Shown here piece after piece: positions 9,601 through 19,305 of a DNA stretch of 64,000 nt. Numbering within the stretch: position 1 is the stretch's first letter; each line of letters starts with the position of its first letter. The notes under the pieces are model-generated. The model ran no database searches. It was not told the origin of the DNA and saw only the letters and a program-made list of their open reading frames with translations. Source of the stretch: a virus (lineage: Duplodnaviria > Caudoviricetes); IMG/VR virus record IMGVR_UViG_3300048582_000118, positions 687 through 64,686 of that record; one strand, written 5' to 3'. Made by a program: the position numbers and the translations under genes.

Positions 9601-12600
9601 GACCCTGGCGCCGCCACCTGTTGCAGTAGTATTAGTGTTGTTGATTTCCACCGGTATAGCTTGTATAATACCTTCAGCACAATCTATGCCAACTACGACA
9701 GAATCACTAAGTAGCGCGCCTGCGAGTGTATATACACACTGCGAATGTATTGTCTGGATGCCTATATTACATAACGTTGTCCTTCCCGACGAGAAGTATA
9801 GTCTCTGTAAGTTAGCCGGTATATCAGCAGTGGAAGTAACACCCACATCGCAATTTTGTATTTCTACTCCCTTCAGATTAAATAAGCCGGCACCTTTTAG
9901 CGCGACACCGACCGATCCTACGGCATTATTGCCGATTATATTGAGACCGGCTAACGTGGACCCGAAGTCTGCGCTCGATGACGACAACACAATTACGGGT
10001 GCTGCGTTTACCCCTACTATAGTAGAATTTAAACCTAACACCCCAATTCTTTGATCATTAATTTCAATAGGGTTATCTTCGTTGTAAACACCTGGCAAAA
10101 TATTAACTGTTACGAAATCATCCGGCGATAGTGTTGCCGCTAATGCTGTAGCAGCCTCTACACCTTTCTTAACAGTTGCATATGGATGCAAGCCGGATCC
10201 GTCGCCTGTTAGGTCATTGCCTGTTGTCATAACTATCACAGTGTTGCTATCGGCAGGCAATGTTGCACGTATTGCTTCCCACTGTGTACCGTTAAACTGT
10301 AGCAAATCTTTAGGTTGTTGACCTGTAGTGACTACGTCTGTTAAACTACCTAAAGTTGTAGGAATAGTCGGCTTATTAGTTAAACTATTGTAATTTACGT
10401 TTTGATTAATCCAGCTAGTACCGTTATATACTAACGCTTGCTGTGCAATCGCGCCGGAGATCGAAACATCCTCAAGTCCACCTAATGTTACGCCGTCGCC
10501 GGCAGTAGTTAAGTCATCTGCCGGCAGCCACGTTAATGTGGTTGAATTCCACTTTAACACTTGTCCGTTTGTTACTCCGGTTGTATCTACATCACCGATG
10601 CTATTTAACGTAGGTACAGTTGCGACTGGATTCCCATTAATCCAACGATCACTAGCAGTGCTGTAAATTAACGATTGCCCGTCAGCTGGCGCAGTAATAA
10701 CTACGTCCGTTGCATCATTTAGTATGCCGCTGAAGCCTATTGCCGAAATATCTGCAATTCGAGCGTATACGCTTAAATTGGGCTGACCGGTCAACGACGA
10801 GTAAGGCACAAATTGGTTAACCCATGTAGTACCGTTCCACACTAGTGCCTGATTTGTTAAACGGGACGAGGTGATAACGTCGGTTAAGTCAGATAGTAAA
10901 ACTGGTATAGACGGCTTGTTGATTAAGTCGTTGTAACTACCGCTTGTTGCTACGGTAGCAAATCCGGTTACCGCAGTAGACGGAATAGTCGACGAATAAA
11001 TTACACTAGTTCCTGCAGAATTCCATTGCAAATATGCATTTGCTACTGCGGTCGACGAAGTATCACTTAACCCTCTTAATGTAAAGCTGCTGTTAGTAGG
11101 AATAGTAGGCTTGTTGGACAAACTGTCGTAGTTTACAACTTTGTTTACCCAATCGGTGCCATTGAATACTAACGCTTGGTCATTAACTGGGGAACTAAGC
11201 ACAACGCCGCCGAGGGTGTTTATCGTAGGCACTACTTCGTCAGAGTTAATCCATGTGGTTCCGTTGTATCTTAGCAGCTGATTAGTGGTTGCAGATGCAA
11301 CCGACACATTAGATAAATCATCTAATACAGACGGTATAAACGGTGCATTTATTAAATCGTTATAGTTGCCGCTTGTCGCTACAGCAGCAAGTCCAGTGAC
11401 GTCCGAAGCAGGGATAGCCGCATCATATATAATTGCAGTACTATCTGCGTTCCACTGTAAGTAACCCGAGTTAACAGGCGCATCGGTTGTGTCAGCTAAA
11501 CCTAAGAAAGTGAATGTGTCGTTTGTAGGAATACTCGGCTTGTTTAGCAAGTCGTTGTATTGGCCGGTTGTTGCTACTGTAGACAGCCCAGACACAGAAG
11601 CTGCTGGAATAACAGTAGAGTATGTAATATTTGTGCCAGCAGCATTCCATTGCAAATAACCCAATGCTAAAGGCGTATCGAGTGTATCATTTAATCCTAC
11701 GAAACTAAAATTGTTGTTAGTAGGAATGGTTGGCGTATCGGTTAAATCAGTGTAACTGCCAGATATTGCAACTGCTGCAAGCCCTGCAATATCACCGGAG
11801 CTAATAATAGTTTCATAGACTACATTTGTCCCGGCACTATTCCATCTTAGGTAACCGCTTGCCTCCGGAGTGTCAGTGACATCACTAAGGCCTACTATCG
11901 TAAATGAATTATTAGTAGGAATTGTCGGAGTGTTAATCAAATCACTGTAGCTGCCACTCGTTGCTACGTCAGCAAGACCGTCGATTGCAGTAGGTGGAAT
12001 AGTTGCAGTGTACTCAATTGCAGTTGCAGTATCGTCCCATTTTAAGAAGCTGTTAGCAACTTTAGCATCGACAGTATCGTTTAACCCAACGAAACTATAG
12101 GAGTCGTTAGTAGGCGTACCAGATAAGTCCGAAAATGCACCGCTTGTTGCTACAGTAGCAAGACCGGTTATTACTGTCGAAGGAATGGTAGCTTGGTATA
12201 TAACTTGTGTACCGGCGGAGTTCCATCTTAGGAATCCGTTTACTAATGCAGTACCTAGTGTATCGCTTAATCCCGTTAATGTATAACTTGCTGATGTAGG
12301 CGTACCAGATAAGTCGGAGAATGCCCCACTTGTTGCTACGGCAGCAAGGCCGGTTACATCACTCGACGGTATAGTAGCAACATATTCTACCGATGCTCCA
12401 GAAGCATTCCACCTTAAATAGGCCTCAGCAAGCGAAGTATCGGCCGTGTCGCTTAATCCAGTTAATGTAAAACTACTGTTACCCGGTATAGTCGGTTTAT
12501 TTGATAAATCGTTGTAATTTCCGGTTGTTGCCACTGTTGCAAATCCAGAGACCGCGGTCGACGGAATGACAGTAGAATATATAATACTTGTACCAGCAGC

Positions 12601-15600
12601 ATTCCACTGCAAATACCCTAATGCTGTTGGAGCATCAAGAGTATCGTTTAAGCCCACAAAACTAAAACTGCTGTTAGTGGGGATAGTCGGCGTATTTATT
12701 AGATCATCGTAATCACCACTAGTAGCAACCGATGCTAGGCCGGTGATACTAGCAGCGCCGATTGTTGTCTCGTATACTACATTAGTGCCGGAAGTATTCC
12801 ATCGCAGGTATCCGTTTGCTGTTGCAGTAGCAGAAGTATCATTTAAGCCTGTTAGCGAAAAACTATTGTTAGTCGGCAAAGCAGTAGGAACCCATGCAGT
12901 ACCATTCCACAACACAGTAGAACTACCTACTGTCGGTGGAACTGTCGTCATATTTACATCAGACAACTGACTGTAAGATAAAGGAATGAATGGTTTGTTT
13001 TGCAGAGTACCGTAGTCAACATCCTCGTTTACCCACACTGTACCGTCCCAGACTAGCGCCTGCCCTATGTCCTTAACGACTCCGATGTCTGTGTCAGTTA
13101 GATCGTTTAATGTGCTCGGTACAGTGTATGAAGTGTTAACCCACTGATTGTTAATACTATCGTATCCTAAGACTTGTCCGTCCTGTGGACTAGTAATAGA
13201 AACGTCAGTTAAATCATTTAAATCAGCAACTGGCGCAGGCATCGGTGTGTTAACCCACTTAGTACCATTCCACCTTAGTATATTACCATTTGTGATAGCA
13301 CTTATTGTTACGTCTGTTAACCCTGACATGCCGATCTTGTCAGTTAATTCATTATAACTAATATATTTGTTTATCCAGGCCGTACCGTTGTATCCAAGAT
13401 ACTGACTATTAGCCGGGGAGACGATAATAACATCGTCGAGATCATCTAATTGCCCGCTGACAACCGGCACTGACTTAACATTAAAGAATGTAACAGGAGC
13501 AGTATAACGAAACTTAGCAGGAGACGTCACTGACGAATTTAAACTAACCGGAGTAGCAAAAGAACTATTGGCGCCTGCTAACAGAGTTGTAGTCGGATTA
13601 GTTAAATTAGAAGGGTCTACAACTTCGCCGTCGGCGCCTTCGTACACATTATTAAATCCGATCCATAATTCCCGAGTAGTAGTATCTATAGCAAACTGAA
13701 CTACACCCGGCTGGACGCTAGTGGAATCTAAAGTAAATTGTGTAAATGTGTGCGCTAATACCCCATCTTTGTATAGTGAATTATCATTAAAATTAACAGA
13801 AATGTACCCGATGCTTGCCGAAGGATCTTCGTTAAAATTCGTAACAATGTTATAATCAAATAAACCCATTTGAACATTGTTATCCACGGACCTTACATCA
13901 TATTCTAAATACAGCAAGTCGCTACTAAAAGGGTTTAGTGCAGAACGGTCCGTTACAACAGTGCCTAACCCGGCACTCGTTGCAATTGCCGTCTTTTTAT
14001 CAGTACTTAATCCCTTGTTCACCGACGGAGGAACAGTATACAATACACCGTCTACTAGCACCTGATTACTACTATCGGCTGCTGCAACCCATTTTACTCC
14101 ATCGAATTTTAAGACATCGCCGGCTGCTGGGGACGGCACTGTCACATCCGACATTGTGTTGATACTAGATGCTGCACCAAGAATAACTACAAGTCCGTTA
14201 TCTAATGCAACCTTAGGCGATAATCCGTTTGTTAAATTATTTCGTCGAAATAAATTGTTCCAGGTCATGTCGTCTACACATAGCTCTTGTCCGGCGGGAA
14301 TCGTTATGCTGCCAAGTACATCGGAGTTGCAAAATGCCTTAGGGTATCGGTAAGGCCATAACGTTGTTTTACCAACATTAATAATTACATCGTTATTAAT
14401 AATAGTGTTGTTAAAATATTCATATGTGCCGATATCGATTTGATTAATTTGGCTATCTTCTACTGAAGACAATTGTAATTTAGGAAATTCAATGTTATCT
14501 ACAAAACAATTCTTTAAGTATAACGACATTGCATTAGGTTGTGTGTTGCCAGACCATTTAAAGTCGTTAAATGTTGCTCCCCAGAAATATACAATCTGCG
14601 TACCGGTATTTAGGTATTCGGGATCAGTGCCAGTATCGACTGTTACATCGCCTGCAAAGACCCATTGGGAGTAATTACTAACTAATTCTACAGAAAGTGC
14701 GCTAGAGTAAGTACCGGTAAATTGTGTTGCTATGACTCCTTGCGCTGGCATATTGAGATAGGGAATAGTAACATTACCGGTGTTATTAGCAGATGAACCG
14801 ACACGCACCACGCCCGACGATGCAAAAGACAGAATTCTCCACTTCGGGAGTACGAGATTTTCATCGTATGGTGCAGGAGTACTTGCAACGGAAATTATCC
14901 AACCGGGAAATAACGATTCGGGTCCTGTGCCATCACCGATCTCGTCTAACGCCCTGCTAATAGTACGAAATGGCTTATACACGGATCCTGTATTTTTGTT
15001 ATCGTCGCCGGTGAGAGCGTCAACGTACAACTTCTGCGCTTCGGCACCGATTTTAGTAGTACTTGACTGCCATAGATTAGTAGTTCCATCAAATAATAGA
15101 ATATCGCCGGTTACAGGAAACGGTGCATCGACATCTGTTAAGTCATTAATCGAACTCGGCGGAACCTCGGTTGCGGTAATATAACCGACGTCGTTGTTTA
15201 ATTCACTGATGTCATTGCCACTTTGCAAAGCAGTATCGGCTAAATCACCTTGTGCTATAGTTGCGTAGAAAGCAGCATAATCTCCTACAAGTGGCGCTAC
15301 GGCTCCATTTCTTCCATTGAACGAAGCTACGCCTGCATCGGGAGGGATATCAGCCGCAGTGATATACCCTGCGTCGTTGACTAATAGACTTACGTTATTG
15401 CCTGATTGCAAAGCAGTATCGGCTAAATCACCTTGTGCAGTAGTTGCATAAAACGATGCATAATCACTTGCCTCTGCTGTAATTGCGCCAGTGCGTCCAA
15501 AGACCGATGGTATCGCATCGGCAGGTATATCAGCAGCAGTGATAAATCCGGTATCATTATCTAGTTCACTAATAGGGTCGTTTGGTTGCAGGGCAGTATC

Positions 15601-16110
15601 AGCCAAATCACCCTGTGCAGTAGTTGCATAGAAAGCAGCATAATCGTTTTCATCGGCTACTATTGCACCAGTGCGACTAAAGACCGAAGGGACCGCGTCT
15701 GCAGGCACTTGAGCAGCAGTTATAAACCCACTGTCGTTGTTTAATTCACTGATATCGTCACCACTTTGCAAAGCAGTGTTGGCTAATGCGCCTTGTGTAG
15801 TGGTTGCATAAAAAGCAGCATAATCGTTTTCGTCGGCAATGATAGCGCCGGTGCGTCCAAAGACGCTATCGACTGCACTAGTACCGCCACCTGTTACTGT
15901 CTGAAAAGTCAAATTACCGGAACCATCCGTCATTATTACTTGCCCCGACGTTCCGTCGGTATCAGGATACGATATACCGGAAATTGTCACTTGTCCTACC
16001 GAATTTAATATGTCGAACCCGGCGGTATCTAAATCTGCAGACAACGACGGACTATTGTCGAAAATAAGACTAGTGTTACTTTTTGCAATATCGGATAATT
16101 TGATTGCCAT
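6634..16110 (-). CDS. Giant (3158 aa) repeat-rich virion fibre protein with putative beta-helix and SPRY/lectin-like inserts
   Basis: Thr/Ser/Ala/Gly-rich with three repeat families. Two DUF1565-like openers (VDALTGDDNKNTGSVYKPFRTISRAL; TTGNDLTGDGSGLHPYATVKKG) precede beta-helix-like segments. Confidence 0.75.
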   Translation of the reverse strand: MAIKLSDIAKSNTSLIFDNSPSLSADLDTAGFDILNSVGQVTISGISYPDTDGTSGQVIMTDGSGNLTFQTVTGGGTSAVDSVFGRTGAIIADENDYAAFYATTTQGALANTALQSGDDISELNNDSGFITAAQVPADAVPSVFSRTGAIVADENDYAAFYATTAQGDLADTALQPNDPISELDNDTGFITAADIPADAIPSVFGRTGAITAEASDYASFYATTAQGDLADTALQSGNNVSLLVNDAGYITAADIPPDAGVASFNGRNGAVAPLVGDYAAFYATIAQGDLADTALQSGNDISELNNDVGYITATEVPPSSINDLTDVDAPFPVTGDILLFDGTTNLWQSSTTKIGAEAQKLYVDALTGDDNKNTGSVYKPFRTISRALDEIGDGTGPESLFPGWIISVASTPAPYDENLVLPKWRILSFASSGVVRVGSSANNTGNVTIPYLNMPAQGVIATQFTGTYSSALSVELVSNYSQWVFAGDVTVDTGTDPEYLNTGTQIVYFWGATFNDFKWSGNTQPNAMSLYLKNCFVDNIEFPKLQLSSVEDSQINQIDIGTYEYFNNTIINNDVIINVGKTTLWPYRYPKAFCNSDVLGSITIPAGQELCVDDMTWNNLFRRNNLTNGLSPKVALDNGLVVILGAASSINTMSDVTVPSPAAGDVLKFDGVKWVAAADSSNQVLVDGVLYTVPPSVNKGLSTDKKTAIATSAGLGTVVTDRSALNPFSSDLLYLEYDVRSVDNNVQMGLFDYNIVTNFNEDPSASIGYISVNFNDNSLYKDGVLAHTFTQFTLDSTSVQPGVVQFAIDTTTRELWIGFNNVYEGADGEVVDPSNLTNPTTTLLAGANSSFATPVSLNSSVTSPAKFRYTAPVTFFNVKSVPVVSGQLDDLDDVIIVSPANSQYLGYNGTAWINKYISYNELTDKIGMSGLTDVTISAITNGNILRWNGTKWVNTPMPAPVADLNDLTDVSITSPQDGQVLGYDSINNQWVNTSYTVPSTLNDLTDTDIGVVKDIGQALVWDGTVWVNEDVDYGTLQNKPFIPLSYSQLSDVNMTTVPPTVGSSTVLWNGTAWVPTALPTNNSFSLTGLNDTSATATANGYLRWNTSGTNVVYETTIGAASITGLASVATSGDYDDLINTPTIPTNSSFSFVGLNDTLDAPTALGYLQWNAAGTSIIYSTVIPSTAVSGFATVATTGNYNDLSNKPTIPGNSSFTLTGLSDTADTSLAEAYLRWNASGASVEYVATIPSSDVTGLAAVATSGAFSDLSGTPTSASYTLTGLSDTLGTALVNGFLRWNSAGTQVIYQATIPSTVITGLATVATSGAFSDLSGTPTNDSYSFVGLNDTVDAKVANSFLKWDDTATAIEYTATIPPTAIDGLADVATSGSYSDLINTPTIPTNNSFTIVGLSDVTDTPEASGYLRWNSAGTNVVYETIISSGDIAGLAAVAISGSYTDLTDTPTIPTNNNFSFVGLNDTLDTPLALGYLQWNAAGTNITYSTVIPAASVSGLSTVATTGQYNDLLNKPSIPTNDTFTFLGLADTTDAPVNSGYLQWNADSTAIIYDAAIPASDVTGLAAVATSGNYNDLINAPFIPSVLDDLSNVSVASATTNQLLRYNGTTWINSDEVVPTINTLGGVVLSSPVNDQALVFNGTDWVNKVVNYDSLSNKPTIPTNSSFTLRGLSDTSSTAVANAYLQWNSAGTSVIYSSTIPSTAVTGFATVATSGSYNDLINKPSIPVLLSDLTDVITSSRLTNQALVWNGTTWVNQFVPYSSLTGQPNLSVYARIADISAIGFSGILNDATDVVITAPADGQSLIYSTASDRWINGNPVATVPTLNSIGDVDTTGVTNGQVLKWNSTTLTWLPADDLTTAGDGVTLGGLEDVSISGAIAQQALVYNGTSWINQNVNYNSLTNKPTIPTTLGSLTDVVTTGQQPKDLLQFNGTQWEAIRATLPADSNTVIVMTTGNDLTGDGSGLHPYATVKKGVEAATALAATLSPDDFVTVNILPGVYNEDNPIEINDQRIGVLGLNSTIVGVNAAPVIVLSSSSADFGSTLAGLNIIGNNAVGSVGVALKGAGLFNLKGVEIQNCDVGVTSTADIPANLQRLYFSSGRTTLCNIGIQTIHSQCVYTLAGALLSDSVVVGIDCAEGIIQAIPVEINNTNTTATGGGARVGNGKLRIGESTIWNCAVAGETTGSGNLAITATAILNNTIDLKRTSNAGRLVVTDSQFDINKSIFTDFVNMELATNTVSGGIPTFAIVNNGRSVGVNTGRIFANNSSPATPAYGFANSGAQYPVATYGMYSPSQDLVAFSTDSQPRLTISPTGVVNITGDLTIQDVPLATVATTGDYADLINTPAIPSTLGSLTDVSISAPTLDQILRYNGTAWINSNEVVPTINTIGGVTITAPVNDQALVYNGTVWVNKVVNYNSLSNKPTIPTNSSFALLGLSDTATPAVGNGYLRWNAGGTLVTYVTTIPTTVITGLAPVATSGSYTDLINQPTIPTNNSFSFVGLSDTDNTVVNSGYLRWNAGGTSVTYSATIPSTAVTGFATVATTGAYTDLTGTPTIPTNSSFTLLGLSDTATPAVNNGYLRWNGTGTQVTYSATIPVASVTGLATVATSGSYNDLINQPTIPTNSTFTLKGLSDTTATAVNSGYLRWNSTGTSVVYETAIAAANVTGLATVATSGNFNDLSNKPTSSAYSFLGLSDTNDTVVNSGYLLWNATGTEVVYAATIPTAKITGLATVATTGAYTDLTGTPTIPTNSSFTLLGLSDTATPAVGNGYLRWNAGGTQVTYSTTIASSSITGLASVATAGTLTSLTDTTITTPAQGQVLSYDNATSKWINSTPASAVTSVFTRTGAVVATSGDYNSTLITNSSAVVGTTVTAALNTLNTGKISTISGGTNGNFTVQATGGTVASSAFNSASFATAAQGTKADTALQSGSNITLLNNNAGFITGISAFSINALNDVDTATIAPTTGQGLVWNQAAGQWRPGSVGAGLVNSSITYYADMFQSPNNSDWPVATFASLSPDASFNSLIRRAFDDTTPEGVGFMVSIPAAATSIQLSITGRASSAATTTAIMRLYSRAVPNGTAVPAWGNSVTSIPCVINGTANYTKYTFTYALTTANLIAGTLYNFELARDAAIAGDTLVGDFNLIELGIGFI
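7640..8820 (-). repeat. Coding tandem repeat block (six ~65-aa units, GYLxWN...ATVATSGxYxDL..PTIP)
   Basis: Six GYL(R/L)WN units at ~190-195 nt spacing; boundaries approximate. Confidence 0.8.
10900..12880 (-). repeat. Coding tandem repeat block (nine ~65-aa units of the same family)
   Basis: Nine (Y/F)L(R/Q/K)W(N/D) units, interrupted once by LxDV...W.N repeats; boundaries approximate. Confidence 0.8.
15150..15870 (-). repeat. Coding tandem repeat (four ~60-aa units VFGRTGAI...DYAAFYATxxQG.LADTALQSG)
   Basis: Four units at ~180-nt period, visible in both DNA and protein. Confidence 0.85.
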
Positions 16111-16136
16111 GTGTTGTTTCCTACTTATTATTTTAT

Positions 16137-19100
16137 TTATTTATCTGCTTTAAGAGCTTCGATTTCTGCTCGCAATTCTTTAATGGACTCTACTAGCAAT
16201 CCTATTACGTTGCCATATGCTACTGACATTGTTTGTTCTTCATCGGCACCTATATGCACTGCTTCCGGTAACACTTCGTAAAGTTCTTGCGCTATTAATC
16301 CAGTTTGTCTTTCTTTTGTATCTAATCGGTTGTATGTTACACCACGCAAACTGCAAACTTTGTTAAGTGCGTCCGGAATAACTTCTATGTTAGTTTTTAA
16401 TCGTATATCCGAAAATGCTGTTACGTCGCCTGTTGCTATCCAGTTGCCACTGTTGTCGCTTCGCGCTGCCCACCCGCCGGCGCTAGTTAAGAAACCGACA
16501 CTACCGTTATCGTGATACACATACCGCAATATACTGTTGTTTGTGTCCCATAATTGTATTTGCGGAGTGGTGCCTTCGATGCGTACAACGTTCCCACTGG
16601 TAGTAAAACTCCCGCGAGTAGTAAAATCTCCGTTCGGGGCCGATGTCCAGCGATAGACGCCGGAACCGTCCGAAAACCCGCCCATCCTAAACACGTTATC
16701 GGTGTCGAGCCCTGCATTAATTGCATACGTGCTAGGGCGATGGAAGGACATTATTGCTCCAGCGCCGGCGGTTCCTCTCACACTTAGACTACCGTCAGTT
16801 ACTGCGCCTACAGAGGCTGCGCCTACTCCGCCGGCGGTGTTTAGTAACCCTGCCATTGTGCCGCCGGCTAACGGTAACTTGGTAATATCAGCTATAGTAA
16901 TAGGGCTTGCGCCGGTAAAGTTCACACCGTTAATTGTTGCACCGGGCGATAATGCACCTGCTGTAGAAGCGTTAGATACTGACAATCCAGGTAAGTTACC
17001 AGAAGCGTCACGAAGAACTACAGTGTTAGGGTCGTTAGTTGTTCTAGCAGGGAATATTGCTGCTGTATCTACTGGCATGCCCAAAGTAGTTCTTGCCGCT
17101 GATGCGTTAGCGTCGTCTAATAAGTTTCTACCGAAAGTAGTAATCGGCGCAGTAGCATAGGTATTTGCACCCACACCATATATCATCTGGTCGGCGCTGA
17201 TTCCGAGTCCGGCTATTGACGTTAAAGCAGGACTACTATTTTGTTTTCCGTCTGCAATTACTTTTACCCCAGCAGGTGTAGTTGCAACTGTATCTAATGT
17301 GCCGGTTGATGTTTCTGCTGTAGTCGCTAGTCTTGTTAAACCAATTGTAGAAGTTCCCGCCAACGGGATAGCTAGATTAATTGCGTTAGTTATTCTGCCT
17401 TTAGAATCTACTGTTATCCTCGGCACACTGGCGCTTGTGCCATATGTGTTTGCTGCTACTCCTGTATCAGATAAAACGTTTACGTTGGTACCAGATGCAG
17501 ACGTCACATCGCCGGTGTAGGACGGCATACGGGCAGCCGGTACAATTCCTGTATTTAAATTAGAAGCATCTAAATAATAGGATCCCGGTTGTCCGTCTAA
17601 TAAGCCTACTGAACTGGCACTTGTGTTACCGTCGTGCCATATTTTATAACTAGCAATAGTTGTGCCGCCACCGGATGTAGGAAAGTTCGCAGCCGACGGA
17701 TCAACACCGTCGCGATTATTTACTACCCACTGATCTGTAGCCTCGTCCCATGCTATGCCGGTTGTGTACCCGCCGACTGTTGCAGAGTTACCACGATATA
17801 CAAAAAGGCCGGCAGACTCCGATGGCGCTGTTTCTGGCGGCCAATCTGCATTTAATACAATTGCGTTTTCGCCAGTGCTTATGTCGCGCTGAGTAACGTT
17901 ACTGTTACCATTGACTGTTAAATCGCCCGTGATGGTCACGTTGCCACCGACTGTCAAGTCGCCGCCGTTACCAATATTTAAGCTGCCGTTAATAGTCTGT
18001 CCGCCGGTGGTGCGAATTACAGTGGAGTCAACATTAAGCGCAACTGTTCTGCCCGATGGTAAATCAGTAACAGTCGCAGTTATGCCATTAGATCCTGTTG
18101 CATCGGTCACTGCAGGTGCCCAATATGCTACTTGTGTAGGTCCTACTCCACTTGTTTTTAAGAATTGACCACCTGTCCCGCCATCCTTCGGGTACGCAAC
18201 GCCGTTGACGAGTACTTCGCCGAGGCCGGTTGCTGATAGTGATAGGGACCCGCCGGCTGGTCCACCCCGAATAAACAAATTTTGAGCATCCTCGGGTGCA
18301 ATTTCTGTGTCGACATTTACCCCGGAATTGACTGAAAATACTCTTGAACCCGGTTGTACATTAATGTCGGTATTGTTAGATGAAAAAATATTGTTGCCAA
18401 GCGTGTCTAACGGTCCGCCGAGTTGAGGAGATTTATCATCGTACAACTCTTGCATACCTGATATATCTTTGAATCCTAGGATGCCGCCTTCACCGCCCAC
18501 GCCTAACGATAATAACGTCAGGGCTTGTCCTACAGCATAAGGGGGCAACGGCGGAGTAATATTTTGATTTTGTGTCCTAGTAGGCCACTGAAATCCACGC
18601 AAATACAATAATCCACTAGACTCAATAGATAACGGCTGGTTGCTACTTGTATTAATTACCATTGTTGCAGTGTTAGCAGGGGAAGATGCATTTACATCAA
18701 ATTTAATCTCGGCTGCGGATTTAAAATGCATATCTAAGTCGCTGTGAGTAGGAGCAGACGGTATCGGCGGAGCCGTGAATATTTCAAAACCAGTTACATC
18801 AAGATTACCTGCTAATTTAGGAGAAGGATCTAATTCTAGAGATCCGCTTGTCCAACCTAGCGCATTATTGGTTGCCATGTACAGAATCTGACCGATGGTC
18901 CCGGGTACTTCGGGCCAAGTAGTGTTCTTAAGCACCAATGCACCGGTCGGTGCAATGTTAAGTGGTTGATTATTAGGAGTAGTAATAGCAGATGCTTGCC
19001 CACCAGTCTGAACTACTACAGTGCTTGAACCGGGGTTAAGTACTAAATCTGTATTACCGGAAGAATAGATAGTATTATCTACAGATAAATTACCACGCAC

Positions 19101-19172
19101 ATCCACTAGCACAGGAATATCGGGGGACTTAAACTCGATTACACCGCTCTGGGAACTAAAAACGTCTGCCAT
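16137..19172 (-). CDS. Tail fibre with C-terminal intramolecular chaperone (Peptidase S74)
   Basis: GDVTAFSDIRLKTNI...GLIAQEL...VAYGNVIGLLVESIKEL; fibre repeats TVDSKGRIT and GLTRLAT. Confidence 0.85.
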   Translation of the reverse strand: MADVFSSQSGVIEFKSPDIPVLVDVRGNLSVDNTIYSSGNTDLVLNPGSSTVVVQTGGQASAITTPNNQPLNIAPTGALVLKNTTWPEVPGTIGQILYMATNNALGWTSGSLELDPSPKLAGNLDVTGFEIFTAPPIPSAPTHSDLDMHFKSAAEIKFDVNASSPANTATMVINTSSNQPLSIESSGLLYLRGFQWPTRTQNQNITPPLPPYAVGQALTLLSLGVGGEGGILGFKDISGMQELYDDKSPQLGGPLDTLGNNIFSSNNTDINVQPGSRVFSVNSGVNVDTEIAPEDAQNLFIRGGPAGGSLSLSATGLGEVLVNGVAYPKDGGTGGQFLKTSGVGPTQVAYWAPAVTDATGSNGITATVTDLPSGRTVALNVDSTVIRTTGGQTINGSLNIGNGGDLTVGGNVTITGDLTVNGNSNVTQRDISTGENAIVLNADWPPETAPSESAGLFVYRGNSATVGGYTTGIAWDEATDQWVVNNRDGVDPSAANFPTSGGGTTIASYKIWHDGNTSASSVGLLDGQPGSYYLDASNLNTGIVPAARMPSYTGDVTSASGTNVNVLSDTGVAANTYGTSASVPRITVDSKGRITNAINLAIPLAGTSTIGLTRLATTAETSTGTLDTVATTPAGVKVIADGKQNSSPALTSIAGLGISADQMIYGVGANTYATAPITTFGRNLLDDANASAARTTLGMPVDTAAIFPARTTNDPNTVVLRDASGNLPGLSVSNASTAGALSPGATINGVNFTGASPITIADITKLPLAGGTMAGLLNTAGGVGAASVGAVTDGSLSVRGTAGAGAIMSFHRPSTYAINAGLDTDNVFRMGGFSDGSGVYRWTSAPNGDFTTRGSFTTSGNVVRIEGTTPQIQLWDTNNSILRYVYHDNGSVGFLTSAGGWAARSDNSGNWIATGDVTAFSDIRLKTNIEVIPDALNKVCSLRGVTYNRLDTKERQTGLIAQELYEVLPEAVHIGADEEQTMSVAYGNVIGLLVESIKELRAEIEALKADK
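16138..16145 (-). promoter_or_regulatory. Putative late promoter GATAAATA
   Basis: The motif overlaps the stop of the 1011-aa fibre gene and lies ~28 nt upstream of the giant fibre gene. Confidence 0.5.
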
Positions 19173-19200
19173 ATTTCATCCTTGAAAGTTACTATTGTAG

Positions 19201-19208
19201 TATTTATC
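19201..19208 (-). promoter_or_regulatory. Putative late promoter GATAAATA
   Basis: T4 TATAAATA-like motif upstream of the SD and ATG 19172. Confidence 0.65.
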
Positions 19209-19238
19209 TAAAGATAGAAAAACAGAATGCATTGCGGA

Positions 19239-19272
19239 TTGACAGTAAATTTTAATTATGTTATGCTAAATA
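19239..19272 (+). promoter_or_regulatory. Sigma70-type promoter (TTGACA-17-TATGCT, extended -10) overlapping a CTAAATA late-like motif
   Basis: TTGACA 19239-19244, TG-n-TATGCT 19259-19267, CTAAATA 19266-19272. Confidence 0.65.
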
Positions 19273-19305
19273 CATTGTCAGGTACAAACGTAATAGGAAC
19301 AACGC

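Noticed and set aside
7640-15870. Regularly spaced repeats as a CRISPR array or DGR template/variable repeats
   Set aside because: The repeats are in-frame coding units of 180-195 nt with ordinary divergence; no cas or reverse-transcriptase gene is present in the window.
3830-18168. Many + strand ORFs (e.g. 3830..4516, 9485..10054, 16702..17160) opposite the fibre genes
   Set aside because: Antisense shadows of Thr/Ala/Gly-rich genes; no recognisable motifs or expression signals.
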